Position numbers and translations under genes: made by a program. Positions 8,864 through 18,827 of a DNA stretch of 64,000 bases are shown here, in pieces; the first letter of the stretch is position 1; every line of letters starts with the position of its first letter. The DNA comes from an uncultured Chloroflexia bacterium (GTDB taxonomy: Bacteria; Chloroflexota; Limnocylindria; Limnocylindrales; CSP1-4): positions 33,621 through 97,620 of the forward strand of contig CAVXVP010000011.1 in NCBI GenBank assembly GCA_963765245.1, written 5' to 3'. The notes under the pieces were generated by a model, which ran no database searches, was not told the origin of the DNA, and was given only the letters and a program-made list of their open reading frames with translations.

Positions 8864-10603
8864 TCAGCCGGCGCTGGAGTTCGCGATGGTGTCGTCGCGG
8901 GTGATGACGACCGAGGACTTCTTCGAGTCGTACCAGCGCGAGAAGGCGGTCGACGTGAGCTCATCGAGCTGCCGGCCCTCGGGGGTCCGTGTCTCCTCGG
9001 AGAGGACCTTGAACAGGTACGTCCCGTCGCCGGCGACGGTCACAGGATCCGAGGTCTTGCCGATCGGCGTGGCGAAGATGGCGTTGGTGAGCTGGTCGAC
9101 GAGCTGGCCCTTGGCGACGAAGCCGAGATCGCCGCCGAGCCCCGCGGAGGGAGCCTCGGAGTTGTCACGGGCGAGGATCGCGAAATCCTTGCCGCCGTCG
9201 GCCTCTGTCTTGAGCTCCTTCACGTGCTCGGCGTCGGTCGGGCGGTACATGACCTGGATGACGTGCCAGCCGAAGGCCGACTTGACCGGCAGCAGGATGT
9301 CGCCGTCCTTGAGGCCCGGGGCGGTGATCGCCTTCAGGAACTCAGGGTCGACCTGGCTGCTGCTGTCGAAATAGGGCAGCTTGCCGCCGCTGCCGCTCGG
9401 GCCTTGCGCCTGCGTCTCCTGGCTCTCCTTGCGGGCGATGGCATCGAACAAGTTCGGATCCTCCTTGAGCCGGGCGAACGTCGCGAGCGCCTGCGACTGG
9501 GCGGCTACCCACGAGGGATCGCTGGCCGGGACCGTCGAGGCGTTCTCCGGATCGCCCTTGGGGGCGTACAGGATGTGGCGGACCTTGATGGAGTCGGCCG
9601 GGAGGTCGGCGGCGGCTTCCTGGATGTAGATCTCTTCGACCTTGCGCTGCGGGCCGCTCCCCGTGACGTCGGCGACGATCTTGCCCTGGAGCTTGTCGTG
9701 GATGACGTCGCCCTGGAGGACGGCGCGGTACTTGGCGAGGTCGATGCCTTTGTTCTCGAACTTGGTCTGGTACGCCGGATCGACCGACGAGGGGGCGATC
9801 TCGGTCACCCGGCCGATGCGATAGACCCCGTCGGTCCCCTCGATGACCGCGGTCGGCGTGTTGACCGGGGCGGCGAAGACGGCCTTCAGCCATTCCTCGT
9901 CGGAACGCGTGTCGTTGGCCTGGAGCCAGCCGAGGTCGCCGGCCTGCGGCCCGGTCGACGCATCGGTCGAGACGGTACGCGCGACGTCCTCCCAGCTCTT
10001 GCCGGCGGTGAGGTCCTTGAACGCGGCCTCGGCGGTGGCCTTCGCCGCGACCTTCTGGATCGAGCTCGGGCCGATCGCGCCGAGGTCTGTCTGGGGCGCG
10101 ACCTCGATCACCCACGAGCGGCGGGATTCGGGGGTCGTCGCCTCGGTGGTGAGACGGGCATCGATCTCTTCGGGCGCGACCGTGACGCCTTCCTGAGCGG
10201 CCAGCTTCGCCTGGTACTTGGTGTCGATGAGCCGCTCGAGGGTGGTCGCCGGCAACGACTGGCGCTGCTGGGCGATGGTCGACTGGAGCGACGTGCCCTG
10301 GGCCTCGGTCAGGTGGCCGGCGGCCACCGCGGTCCGCGTCCGGGCCACGGCCTCGTCGAGACGCCAGGTCTCGATCTTGTAGCGGTCGGCGAACTCGTCC
10401 TTGCTGATCGATTCACCGTCGACGCTGCCGACCGACGCGAGATGCGAGTTGTAGTAGGACAGGCCCGCCGCGATGGCGAGGATGAGGACCGCCAGGAAGA
10501 CGATCAGGCCGAAGCCGAGGTTGAGGTAGAAATTCCGTCGGTCCTGGGTCTCCCACGCTGGCTTGTGGTCGCGCTTGACGACGGGTTTTGCTCGGAATGT
10601 CAT
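8864..10603 (-). CDS. Membrane-anchored parvulin-type peptidyl-prolyl isomerase (SurA/PrsA/PpiD-like)
   Basis: N-terminal TM helix (FYLNLGFGLIVFLAVLILAIAAG). Rotamase core IKVRHILYAP...SAFGWHVIQVMYR and GGDLGFVAKGQL. 579-aa intact ORF. Confidence 0.8.
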   Translation of the reverse strand: MTFRAKPVVKRDHKPAWETQDRRNFYLNLGFGLIVFLAVLILAIAAGLSYYNSHLASVGSVDGESISKDEFADRYKIETWRLDEAVARTRTAVAAGHLTEAQGTSLQSTIAQQRQSLPATTLERLIDTKYQAKLAAQEGVTVAPEEIDARLTTEATTPESRRSWVIEVAPQTDLGAIGPSSIQKVAAKATAEAAFKDLTAGKSWEDVARTVSTDASTGPQAGDLGWLQANDTRSDEEWLKAVFAAPVNTPTAVIEGTDGVYRIGRVTEIAPSSVDPAYQTKFENKGIDLAKYRAVLQGDVIHDKLQGKIVADVTGSGPQRKVEEIYIQEAAADLPADSIKVRHILYAPKGDPENASTVPASDPSWVAAQSQALATFARLKEDPNLFDAIARKESQETQAQGPSGSGGKLPYFDSSSQVDPEFLKAITAPGLKDGDILLPVKSAFGWHVIQVMYRPTDAEHVKELKTEADGGKDFAILARDNSEAPSAGLGGDLGFVAKGQLVDQLTNAIFATPIGKTSDPVTVAGDGTYLFKVLSEETRTPEGRQLDELTSTAFSRWYDSKKSSVVITRDDTIANSSAG

Positions 10604-10702
10604 GGTTCTGGGTCAGTTCCTGTCACATGGCCGGCACTGGGGCCGGGGATGGAGGGCCGCGGTATGGTACACCGAGGTCTCGAAGGACCGTGGTCGGGCG
10701 GT

Positions 10703-11883
10703 CTAGCCTCGTCCGCCAGCACGGCTGAGAGCCGGCACGATCAGCTCGTCGGTGACACGCGCCGTCGATCGGCCATCCGCGATGTCGAACAATTCGCGTC
10801 GGAAGCGCTCGACCCGCTCGAGGTCGAACTCGCCGGCCCGTAGGTAGTCGGCGAGCGCCTCGCTGGTCTCGAAGATCGGCCCCGGCACCCCCGTCCGGTA
10901 GTCGAAGTAGAAGCCGCGCTCGGCCTCGTATGCCTCGTAGTCGGGAGCGAAGAACGCCATCGGCCGGTCCGAGAAGCGCGAACTCGTAGATCGCGCTCGA
11001 GTAATCGGTCACCAGGACGTCGCTGACCAGCATCAGCTCGTTGATGTCGGGGTGGTCGGAGACGTCGATCGCGAAGCCCTCGAGCTCCGGGCCGATCACC
11101 GTGCGCGAGCGGATGAACGGGTGGAGCCGGACCAGCAGGACGTGATCCGCGCCGAGGGCATCGCGCAGGACGGCGAGATCGAGGTCGTCGGTCGCGTGGG
11201 CGTCCGTGACGCTGTCGCCGCGGAACGTCGGGGCGTAGAGGACGACCCGCCGCCCGTCGGTCAGGCCGTAGCGGCGACGGACGGCCTCGCGGACGCGCTC
11301 CAGCCGTTCCTCGCCGAAGAAGACGTCGGTCCGCGGCATGCCCAGGCGCGACACGAACCGATCGAGGGGCTGGCGAAAAGCTTCGGCGTAGTGCGGCGCG
11401 GCGGCCTGACGAGGCGACCAGGCAGACGTCGTAGTTGGAATGGATGGCGACCCTGTCCGTGAGCGACTCGTCGGCCCCGAACGACTTGTCGAGCACGCTG
11501 TAGCCGATCTTCTTGAACGCCCCGGAGGCGTGCCACGTCTGGATGATCGTGGTCCCGTCGCGCGGCCGGATGACGTAGATGGGGAAGAAGTAGTCGTCGA
11601 CGATGAAGACCCGCGCGGTCGCCAGGTGATAGGCGGCCACGACGGCCTGCCACGCCGCCCCGATCCGCCCGCGTGCGCCAGTGGCCGGGCGATGGGCGAT
11701 GGTCATGACCGGGATCTCGGGGTGGCGCGCCGCGAGGTCGTCCGCGATCGCTGCCAGGTTGCCGGCCAGCACCGGCGAGTGCGCCGTGGCCAGCACGACC
11801 CGCCGCCGGAGCGGCAGGTGCCGCGCATACGCGAACGCGACGCGGACGAGGACGATGCGGATGGTCAGGACGACGCCGCTCAT
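10703..11883 (-). pseudogene. CDP-glycerol/ribitol phosphotransferase, TagF/TarL family (copy 1); two frame breaks
   Basis: IIQTWHASGAFKKIGYS, VVLYAPTFRGD, LVTDYSSAIYEFALLG and PMAFFAPDYEAYEAERGFYFDY occur in order but across three frames. Breaks at about 11400 and 10970. Confidence 0.75.
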
Positions 11884-12000
11884 CGGACAGGCACCGCCGG
11901 CCCGAGGATGAGCTGGTCGATCACCCGGTCTGTCGAGCCGGCGTCGAGATGGGCGAAATGGCGGCTGGCGAAGTCGGCCACCTTCTCGGCCTGGTAGTCG

Positions 12001-13456
12001 TCACGCGCGGATCGCGTCGAGCATCTCGGGGAACGTCCGGACGATCCGGCCGGGCACGAACGTTTCGAACGGGACGTAGAAGTCGCGGGTCGCGACGTAC
12101 TCGTCGAGGTCGTACGCGAAGAACAGCATCGGCCGGCGGAGGGTCGAGTACTCGAACACGATCGACGAATAATCGGTGACCAGCAGGTCGACCGCGAACA
12201 GCAGGTCGTTGACGTCGACCTCGTCGGCCGACCCGTCGATGAGCCGGTCGCGGAACTGCTCGGGGATGCGCAGCGGCTCGAGCACGAACGGGTGCATCTT
12301 GATGATGACCACGGCATCACGCTCGACGCACAGCGCGTGGAGCGCGGCGTAGTCGAGCTGCTCGAAGTCGTAGGACGCCTCGCGGATGGTGTCGCCCCGG
12401 TAGGTCGGCGCGAACAGGATCGTCATCCGGCCTTCGATCCCCGGGAAGGCTGCCAGCGCCGCCGCCAGCCCTTTCGCCCGTGCCTCCTCGTCGAAGAAGC
12501 GGTCCATGCGTGGGATCCCGGTCGGGATGACACGCTCCTCTGGGATCCCGAACGCCTCGGCGTAGAACGGCACATCGAACTCAGAGCTGACGATCGCGTG
12601 CGTGTACGACTTGTGGGCACGGACGTTGGGATCGGGCAGGCCGGCCCGACTGTAGCCGACCGTCTTGAACGCCCCGGCGGCGTGCCACAGCTGGATGATC
12701 CGCACGGCCGGCGAGAGCGTGACCCAGGTGAGCGGCAGGAAGGAATCGTCGAGGACGATGACGTCGGCGATCGCCACCGAACGCGCCAGACGGAAGCGAT
12801 CGAGGAACCGCCAGCGCTCGGTCAGGCCGGGTTTGAGCATCACCTCGAGATCCTGATCACGGTCAAGTCCCCGCTCGACCATCCGATCGTGGACGACCTT
12901 GAGGTTGCCCGACATCTCGGAGATCAATCGGGAGGCGAAGAGGACTCGGTGCCGGCCGCGGCGACGCACCAGCCGAGATATCGAGACAAGAGCGCGGAAG
13001 AGGGCGCGCCGCAGCCTGACCGACCATCCATCACGGCGCGGTCGCGCTCGGACGGTCTCGTCGAACGCGACGTCCAGGATCAGGCGGCGTGCGGCCGTCT
13101 CGATCCGTGGCGTCACCCGTTCCGTGCCGCGCTCGAGGGCGAAGGTGCCGGTGCCGGTCGAGCCCGCTGCGGCCAGCGTGGGGGCAGCGACCACCGCCAC
13201 GTCCAGCGTCCAGCGGCCGGGTGCCAGCGGCTGGAGTCCCGGCCCGATCAGGACGTTGAAGCGGATCGTCAGTCGGTCGTCCGTCCGATGTCACGTGCGT
13301 CGGCGTCATCGGTTCGCCGCCGCCGTCGGGGATGAGCCGGAGGCTCGAGGTATCGACTGGGGTGCCCGAGACGGTCTGCGCCTCGACGATGAGCTGGACC
13401 CGCTCCCAGCGAACGGAGGCGACCTCGATCGCCGGGTCCTCGGACACCGCCTGCAC
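12001..13456 (-). pseudogene. CDP-glycerol/ribitol phosphotransferase, TagF/TarL family (copy 2); one frame break
   Basis: IIQLWHAAGAFKTVGYS, ILFAPTYRGD, LLVTDYSSIVFEYSTLRRPMLFFAYD. The N-terminal part is in another frame, starting at GTG 13456 preceded by AAGGAG. Break at about 13280. Confidence 0.75.
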
Positions 13457-13614
13457 ACACGCTCCTTGCTCGGTCGAGGGTGACGCGCGGTCGCCACGTC
13501 CAGTCGCGGATGATAGCCGGGTGCGACCGGTCGACGGTTTCGCGTACGCTCTGGCACACACACGACCGAGCCGCGACGGGCTCAACGGAGCAGGCCGAGG
13601 CGCCGGAGGTCCGC

Positions 13615-14304
13615 ATGAAGATCGGGATGATCGTGCTCGCCGGGGGCGTCGGGAAACGCATCGGTCGCCCGTTCCCGAAGCAGTTCCTCCTGCTCGGCGG
13701 CAAGCCGCTCCTCGTCCACGTCCTCGAGAAGGCGCGCGTCATCGCCGATATCGACCGGGTCGTCATCACCTGCCCGGAGACCCACCTCGAGGAGACCCGC
13801 AAGCTGATCGCCAACCACGGGTTCGACGAGGCGCGTTTCACCTGCATCGTCGGCGGGACGTCGCGGCAGGAGTCGGTCTACATCGGGCTCGGGGAGCTGG
13901 CGGACGTCGACTCGGTGATCATCCACGAGGCCGTCCGGCCGCTGGTGACAGTCGCGGAGTTCCGCGAGCTGATCGCGGCGCCCGATCCGAACGCGATGTT
14001 CGGCATCCCGATCCCGTTCACCGTGCTCAAGGGCCACGACTACGTGGAGGACCTGCTGGAGCGCGATGAGCTGGTCAACGTCCAGCTGCCCCAGAAGTTC
14101 GACCGGGCGAAGCTCGTCTCCGCGCATGAGGCGGCACGCCGCGAGGGCACCTCGTTCACCGAGGACGCCAGCCTCTTCCACCACCACGTCGGCGAGCCGG
14201 TGCGGATCCTGCCCGGCTCGGAGCGCAACATCAAGATCACGGTCCCGACCGACATCGTCACCGCCGAGGCGATCTACGCCGACGTGATGGGTCGCGGGGG
14301 CTGA
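13615..14304 (+). CDS. IspD/TarI-family cytidylyltransferase (candidate ribitol-5-phosphate cytidylyltransferase)
   Basis: MKIGMIVLAGGVGKRIG...PKQFL..., GGTSRQESV, HEAVRP and NIKITVPTD motifs. GGAGG lies 5 nt upstream of ATG 13615. Confidence 0.85.
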   Translation: MKIGMIVLAGGVGKRIGRPFPKQFLLLGGKPLLVHVLEKARVIADIDRVVITCPETHLEETRKLIANHGFDEARFTCIVGGTSRQESVYIGLGELADVDSVIIHEAVRPLVTVAEFRELIAAPDPNAMFGIPIPFTVLKGHDYVEDLLERDELVNVQLPQKFDRAKLVSAHEAARREGTSFTEDASLFHHHVGEPVRILPGSERNIKITVPTDIVTAEAIYADVMGRGG

Positions 14305-14306
14305 CG

Positions 14307-15011
14307 GTGGGCAAGGTCTGCGTCATCACGGGTGCCAGCCAAGGCATCGGACGTGCCGCGGCGATCCGCATGAGCCACGAGCCCGATGTCTCGACGCTGG
14401 TCCTTATCGCCCGCAACGCGGACGGCCTCGCCGAGACCGGTGCGGCGCTCGATCGCGACGGCACGGACGTCGAGCTGATCCCCTACGACTTGATGGACCT
14501 CGACGGCATCCCGGAGCTCGTCGATCGGATCCACAACACGTACGGCAGCATCGACATCCTGCTCAACATCGCTGGCTACGCCGACCCGCAGTCGCTGCTC
14601 GACACCGACGTCGACAACATCGTCAAGACGTACACGATCAACGTCTTCGCGATGCTGCTGATGAGTCGTGAGACGGTCCGCCACATGTACGACCGGCCGG
14701 CCAAGATCCTGAACGTGGCGTCGACCGCGGGGATCACCTCGCGCCCGGGCTGGCTCGCGTACGCCTCCTCAAAGGCCGCTGTCGTCTCACTCTCGGCGAC
14801 GCTCGCAGACGAGCTGGCGGGGAGCGGCATCAAGGTCTACAGCATCTCGCCCGGGCGGACCGCCACCGAGCTCAGGCGCAAGCTCGCGCCCGAGGAGGAT
14901 CCGTCTTCGATCATGCAGCCGGGCGACGTCGCCGACGTCATCGCCCAATTGATGAGCGATGGCGAGAAGACCCTCGACGGGCAGAACATCGTCGTCCGCA
15001 CCCGGGCCTAG
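14307..15011 (+). CDS. Short-chain dehydrogenase/reductase (candidate ribulose-5-P reductase partner of the cytidylyltransferase)
   Basis: VITGASQGIGRA (TGxxxGxG) and a YASSKAA (YxxxK) catalytic motif. Starts 2 nt after the upstream stop. Confidence 0.85.
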   Translation: MGKVCVITGASQGIGRAAAIRMSHEPDVSTLVLIARNADGLAETGAALDRDGTDVELIPYDLMDLDGIPELVDRIHNTYGSIDILLNIAGYADPQSLLDTDVDNIVKTYTINVFAMLLMSRETVRHMYDRPAKILNVASTAGITSRPGWLAYASSKAAVVSLSATLADELAGSGIKVYSISPGRTATELRRKLAPEEDPSSIMQPGDVADVIAQLMSDGEKTLDGQNIVVRTRA

Positions 15012-15017
15012 CGCCGC

Positions 15018-16195
15018 GTGAGCCGGCTCGAATACCTGCTCGCCGGGGCGCTCCTCAGGATCGCCCGATTCTTCTTCTCGAGATTGAAGGTCCGCCGGAA
15101 CCGGGTCGTGCTGGCGACAGCCCGGGTTTCGACTCTCGACGGCAACCTGCTCCACATCCATCGGGCGATGGTCGAGCGCCACCCGGAGCTCGACTACGTC
15201 CTGCTGCTCGAGCCGTACAGCTACGGACTGGCCGGCAAGCTCGCCTACCTGGTCCGGCTCGTGCGCGGGATGTACCACCTCCAGACGGCACGGTTGTTCG
15301 TGATCGACAACGCTTATCTGCCGGTCCACGTCGCCCCGCACAAACCGGCGACGACCGTCGTCCAGGTCTGGCACGCGGCTGGCGCGCTCAAGCGCTTCGG
15401 TCTAGACACCGCGACGCCGCTGGCCGAGCCCGAACGGACATTCCTGCACCGCTATTACGACGCGGTGGTCGTCGGCGGCGAATGGACCCGGGCGCCGTAC
15501 GCCGCCGCGCTGCGCACGCCGATCGAGCGCGTCCTCGCCCTTGGCTCGCCGCGGACCGACTTCTTCTTCGACCAGGAGGCGCTCGCTGCGGCCCGGGCTC
15601 GCGTGCTGGCCGTGCACCCGGAGCTGGCCGGGCGCCGGGTCGTCCTGTACGCGCCGACGTTCCGCGGCCGCGGCGCAGGCAAGCGCGCGGCACCCGGGAT
15701 GGACGCGCCGACGCTGCGGGCCGCGCTGCCCGCGGACCACGCCCTGGTCCTGAAGACCCACCCGAATCTCGACCCGGATGCGACCGCGACGGCCGGCTAC
15801 GACGTCGTCGCCGATCCGACCGGCGACATCAACGACCTGCTGGCCCTGACCGACATCCTGATCACCGACTACTCGTCCTCGATCGTCGAGTTCGCCCTGC
15901 TCGGCCGGCCGATCATCCTGCTCGTCGGGGACCTGGCCACGTACGAGGTCGACCCCGGGCTTTACCTGGACTACCGGACCGAGATGATCGGAACGCAGGT
16001 CGTCGACACCGACGGGATCATCGACACGATCGCGAACGGGCGTTCGACCTTTCCGGGTATCCGGCGTTCATCGAGCGGCAGCTCGGGGCGTCACGCGGCG
16101 GGGCGAGCGACCGCTTCGTCGAGCACTTCCTCGACGGCCGGCAGGGACTCGGTGATGGAGGTGTTACCCTTCCGCCCGATGTCCGCCACGAGTGA
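15018..16195 (+). pseudogene. CDP-glycerol/ribitol phosphotransferase, TagF/TarL family (copy 3); one frame break
   Basis: VVQVWHAAGALKRFG, VVLYAPTFRGRG, ILITDYSSSIVEFALLGRPIILLVGD. The C-terminal FDLSGYPAFIERQLG...RHE* is in another frame. Break at about 16040. Confidence 0.75.
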
Positions 16196-17065
16196 GGTCC
16201 CGGCAGCCTTTCGACATGCCGCCGGTGACCGGGGTGCCCTTCGGCTTATCCGCGAGGCCGTCTCGGACATCCGCTCCCGGCGCCGCCTGGTCCGCTACCT
16301 CGTCCAGGCTGACATCCGCAAGCGCGGCACGGACACCCTTCTCGGCAACATCTGGTGGGTCCTCGATCCGCTCCTCCAGATGTCGGTCTACGTCGTCTTC
16401 GTGACGATCGTCGCCCCGCGGCCGATCCTCGACTACCCGCTCTTCATCTTCGCCGCGATCCTGCCCTGGAAATGGTTCACCTCGACGATCGGCGATTCGA
16501 CCTCGTCGATCGTCGGCAAGGACCAGCTGATCAAGCAGATCCAGTTCCCGAAGATCGTCCTGCCGACCGCGGCCACGGTGGCCGGCGATCGTCAGCTTCT
16601 TCTTCGGCCTTGCGGCTCTCGCCCTGCTGATGCTCCTCTACCCGCATCGGATCTCGCCCTACCTCGCTGCTCATCCCGGTGATCGCGGCCGTGCAGTTCG
16701 TGTTCACGCTGGCGTGCTCATACCTGGTGGCGGCGGGCAACGTCTTCTTCCGCGACCTGGGCAACATCGAGACGCACCTCTTGCGGCTGTGGTGGTTCCT
16801 GTCGCCTGGCCTGTACAGCCTCGCCGCGCTCGACCAGCTGCACGTCTTCAAGGAGCACCCGATCCTCCGGGCGATCGCCGCGGCCAATCCGTTCGCGATC
16901 CTGTTCGAGGCCTACCGGATGGTCATCTACGGGACGGAGACGGGGTCGCCGGGCCTTCCCGACTTCCGGTCGCTGGCCGCGCTGCTCGTCGCGAGCGTCA
17001 TCCTTCTGGCCTTCACGACGTACGCCTTCAAGCGGCTCGAGCCGAACTTCGCGAAAGTCATCTGA
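16155..17065 (+). pseudogene. tagG: ABC-2 type polysaccharide/teichoic-acid export permease (TagG-like); two frame breaks
   Basis: LGNIWWVLDPLLQMSVYVVFV..., IVSFFFGLAALALLMLLYP... and AAVQFVFTLACSYLVAAGNVFFRDLGN...NPF follow one another in frames 0, 1 and 2. Breaks at about 16588 and 16668. Start is either ATG 16155 or 16179. Confidence 0.7.
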
Positions 17066-17904
17066 TGGCCCACGAAACGGCGCCGCCGCGGATGGATACA
17101 CGCGCGGACTTCGCGATCAACGCCAGCGACGTCGGCGTCCGCTACGACCTCCGCTTCACCCGGAAGACGACCTTCCGCAATTCGATCGGGCAGATGCTCG
17201 GGCGGGGCCAGGGCGACAAGTTCTGGGCGCTGCGCCATGTCGACCTGCACGTCCAGCGCGGCGAGTCGCTGGCGGTCATCGGCCCCAACGGCGCCGGCAA
17301 GAGCACGCTCCTCCAGGTGCTCGCCGGGATCATCCATCCATCCGAGGGAGCGGTCGACGTGTACGGGCACGTCTCGGGCCTGCTCACGCTCGGGGCCGGC
17401 TTCGACAAGGAACTGACGGGTCGCGACAACATCCTGCTCGGTGGCGCCTTCCTCGGTCTCGACGACGCGGTCACCCGCAAGCTCCTGCCGTCGATCATCG
17501 AGTACGCCGAGCTGGGCGCCTTCATCGACGCGCCACTCAAGACCTATTCGTCGGGGATGCGCGCCCGGCTCGGGTTCGCCATCGCGACCTCGGTCGACCC
17601 GGACATCCTGCTGCTCGACGAGGTGTTGGCCACCGGCGACGCCAACTTCCGGGCGAAGTCGAAGGCGCGGGTCATCGATATCGTGTCGGCCGCGAAGGCA
17701 GTGGTCCTCGTCACCCACGACATGAACTGGGTGACCGAGTACTGCAATCGCGCGATCCTCATCGAGCGCGGCGAGCTGGTGATGGAGGGCGAGCCGGCGG
17801 CCGTCGTCGAGCTCCATCAGCTCCACACCGAGGAGGCACGCGCCCGGACGGTCGCGGAGGCCGAGGCGGCCGGGGTCGACCCGAGGATCGTCCGCGTCCG
17901 CTAG
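17065..17904 (+). CDS. tagH: Teichoic-acid/polysaccharide export ABC transporter ATP-binding protein (TagH-like)
   Basis: Walker A GPNGAGKSTLL, signature YSSGMRARLGFA, Walker B ILLLDEV. ATG 17065 overlaps the tagG stop. Confidence 0.9.
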   Translation: MAHETAPPRMDTRADFAINASDVGVRYDLRFTRKTTFRNSIGQMLGRGQGDKFWALRHVDLHVQRGESLAVIGPNGAGKSTLLQVLAGIIHPSEGAVDVYGHVSGLLTLGAGFDKELTGRDNILLGGAFLGLDDAVTRKLLPSIIEYAELGAFIDAPLKTYSSGMRARLGFAIATSVDPDILLLDEVLATGDANFRAKSKARVIDIVSAAKAVVLVTHDMNWVTEYCNRAILIERGELVMEGEPAAVVELHQLHTEEARARTVAEAEAAGVDPRIVRVR

Positions 17905-17908
17905 CCGT

Positions 17909-18644
17909 TCAGCGGCGGCGAACGACCGCCATCACCGCGCTGACGGCACCGAGGACACCGGCCACAGCCAGGGCGCCCTTCCAGTCGAGGAGCGTTCGGA
18001 CGTTGCCCTCGACGCTGCGGGCGATCACCACGCCGGCGAAGCTCTGCCGGTCGAACGTCACGTGGTTGGCCACCACGTTCGCGACCGCGGTCTGCTCCAT
18101 GTGCACGTCCCGGGCGAGCATGTCGCGCACGTACGACTGGCGGACCTGCGCCTCGCCGGCGAGGGAGAGTGCGAGACCACTCATCGACGCGGTCACCCGG
18201 TCGGCGCGTGCGATCGCGATGCCACCCATGGAGACCGAGACCTCCTCGGCCTCGACCCGGCTGATCCCGCCCTGGTGGACGTCGACACGCTTGGCGCGCA
18301 CGACGTTGGCGCCGCCGTTCTGGATGGTCAGGACGTCGACGTCGACGTCGGGCGCGTCTGACGCGCCCGGGGACGGGGCGGGTCGTCAGGACCGTGGTCG
18401 GTGATGGTCCGGACCGGGGTGTGGTCGTGGGCTTCGGGGTCGTGGCGGCCGTCGGGGACGTGGCTTTGCCGGCGGCCGCGGTCCGGGCCGCGGGCGCGGT
18501 CTTCGCGGCGCCGGCGCCGGCGGCGGTCTTGGCGCTGGCGGTCCCCTTGGCAGCGGCCGGGGGTGCGACGGGGGTGGTGCGCGCGCGGGTCACCTTCGGC
18601 TTCGGCTTGGAGGTCGGATCGGCGGGAGGGGTCTGGTCAGCCAT
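17909..18644 (-). pseudogene. Hypothetical tail-anchored protein: basic Ala/Pro/Thr-rich N-terminus, beta-strand repeat core, C-terminal TM helix; one frame break
   Basis: MADQTPPADPTSKPKPK...TTPKPTTTP continues in another frame as APDVDVDVLTIQNGGANVVRAKRVDVHQGGISRVEAEEVSVSMGGIAIARADRV...ALAVAGVLGAVSAVMAVVRRR*. Break at about 18385. Confidence 0.45.
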
Positions 18645-18827
18645 GTGCCTAGCCTAGTCTTCCCGGGCAAGGAGCGCGAGAAGCTCGTTTCTCGCCCCGC
18701 GGCGACCGGTCCGACGGTGCCAGGAAGCCCCGAAGGCCAACGTCCGCTATCCTGCGCGATGACCGCGGTTTGGCTCCGTCAGCCGAGCCCGTCACCGCCG
18801 TGGTCAGAGTGTCCGAGGGCTTACCCA

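Noticed and set aside
7760-10843. 1,027-aa ORF on the plus strand
   Set aside because: It lies antisense to the well-supported PPIase and mazG genes. Its composition is dominated by Arg/Gly/Asp/Leu, as expected for the reverse frame of high-GC coding DNA, and I recognise no motifs.
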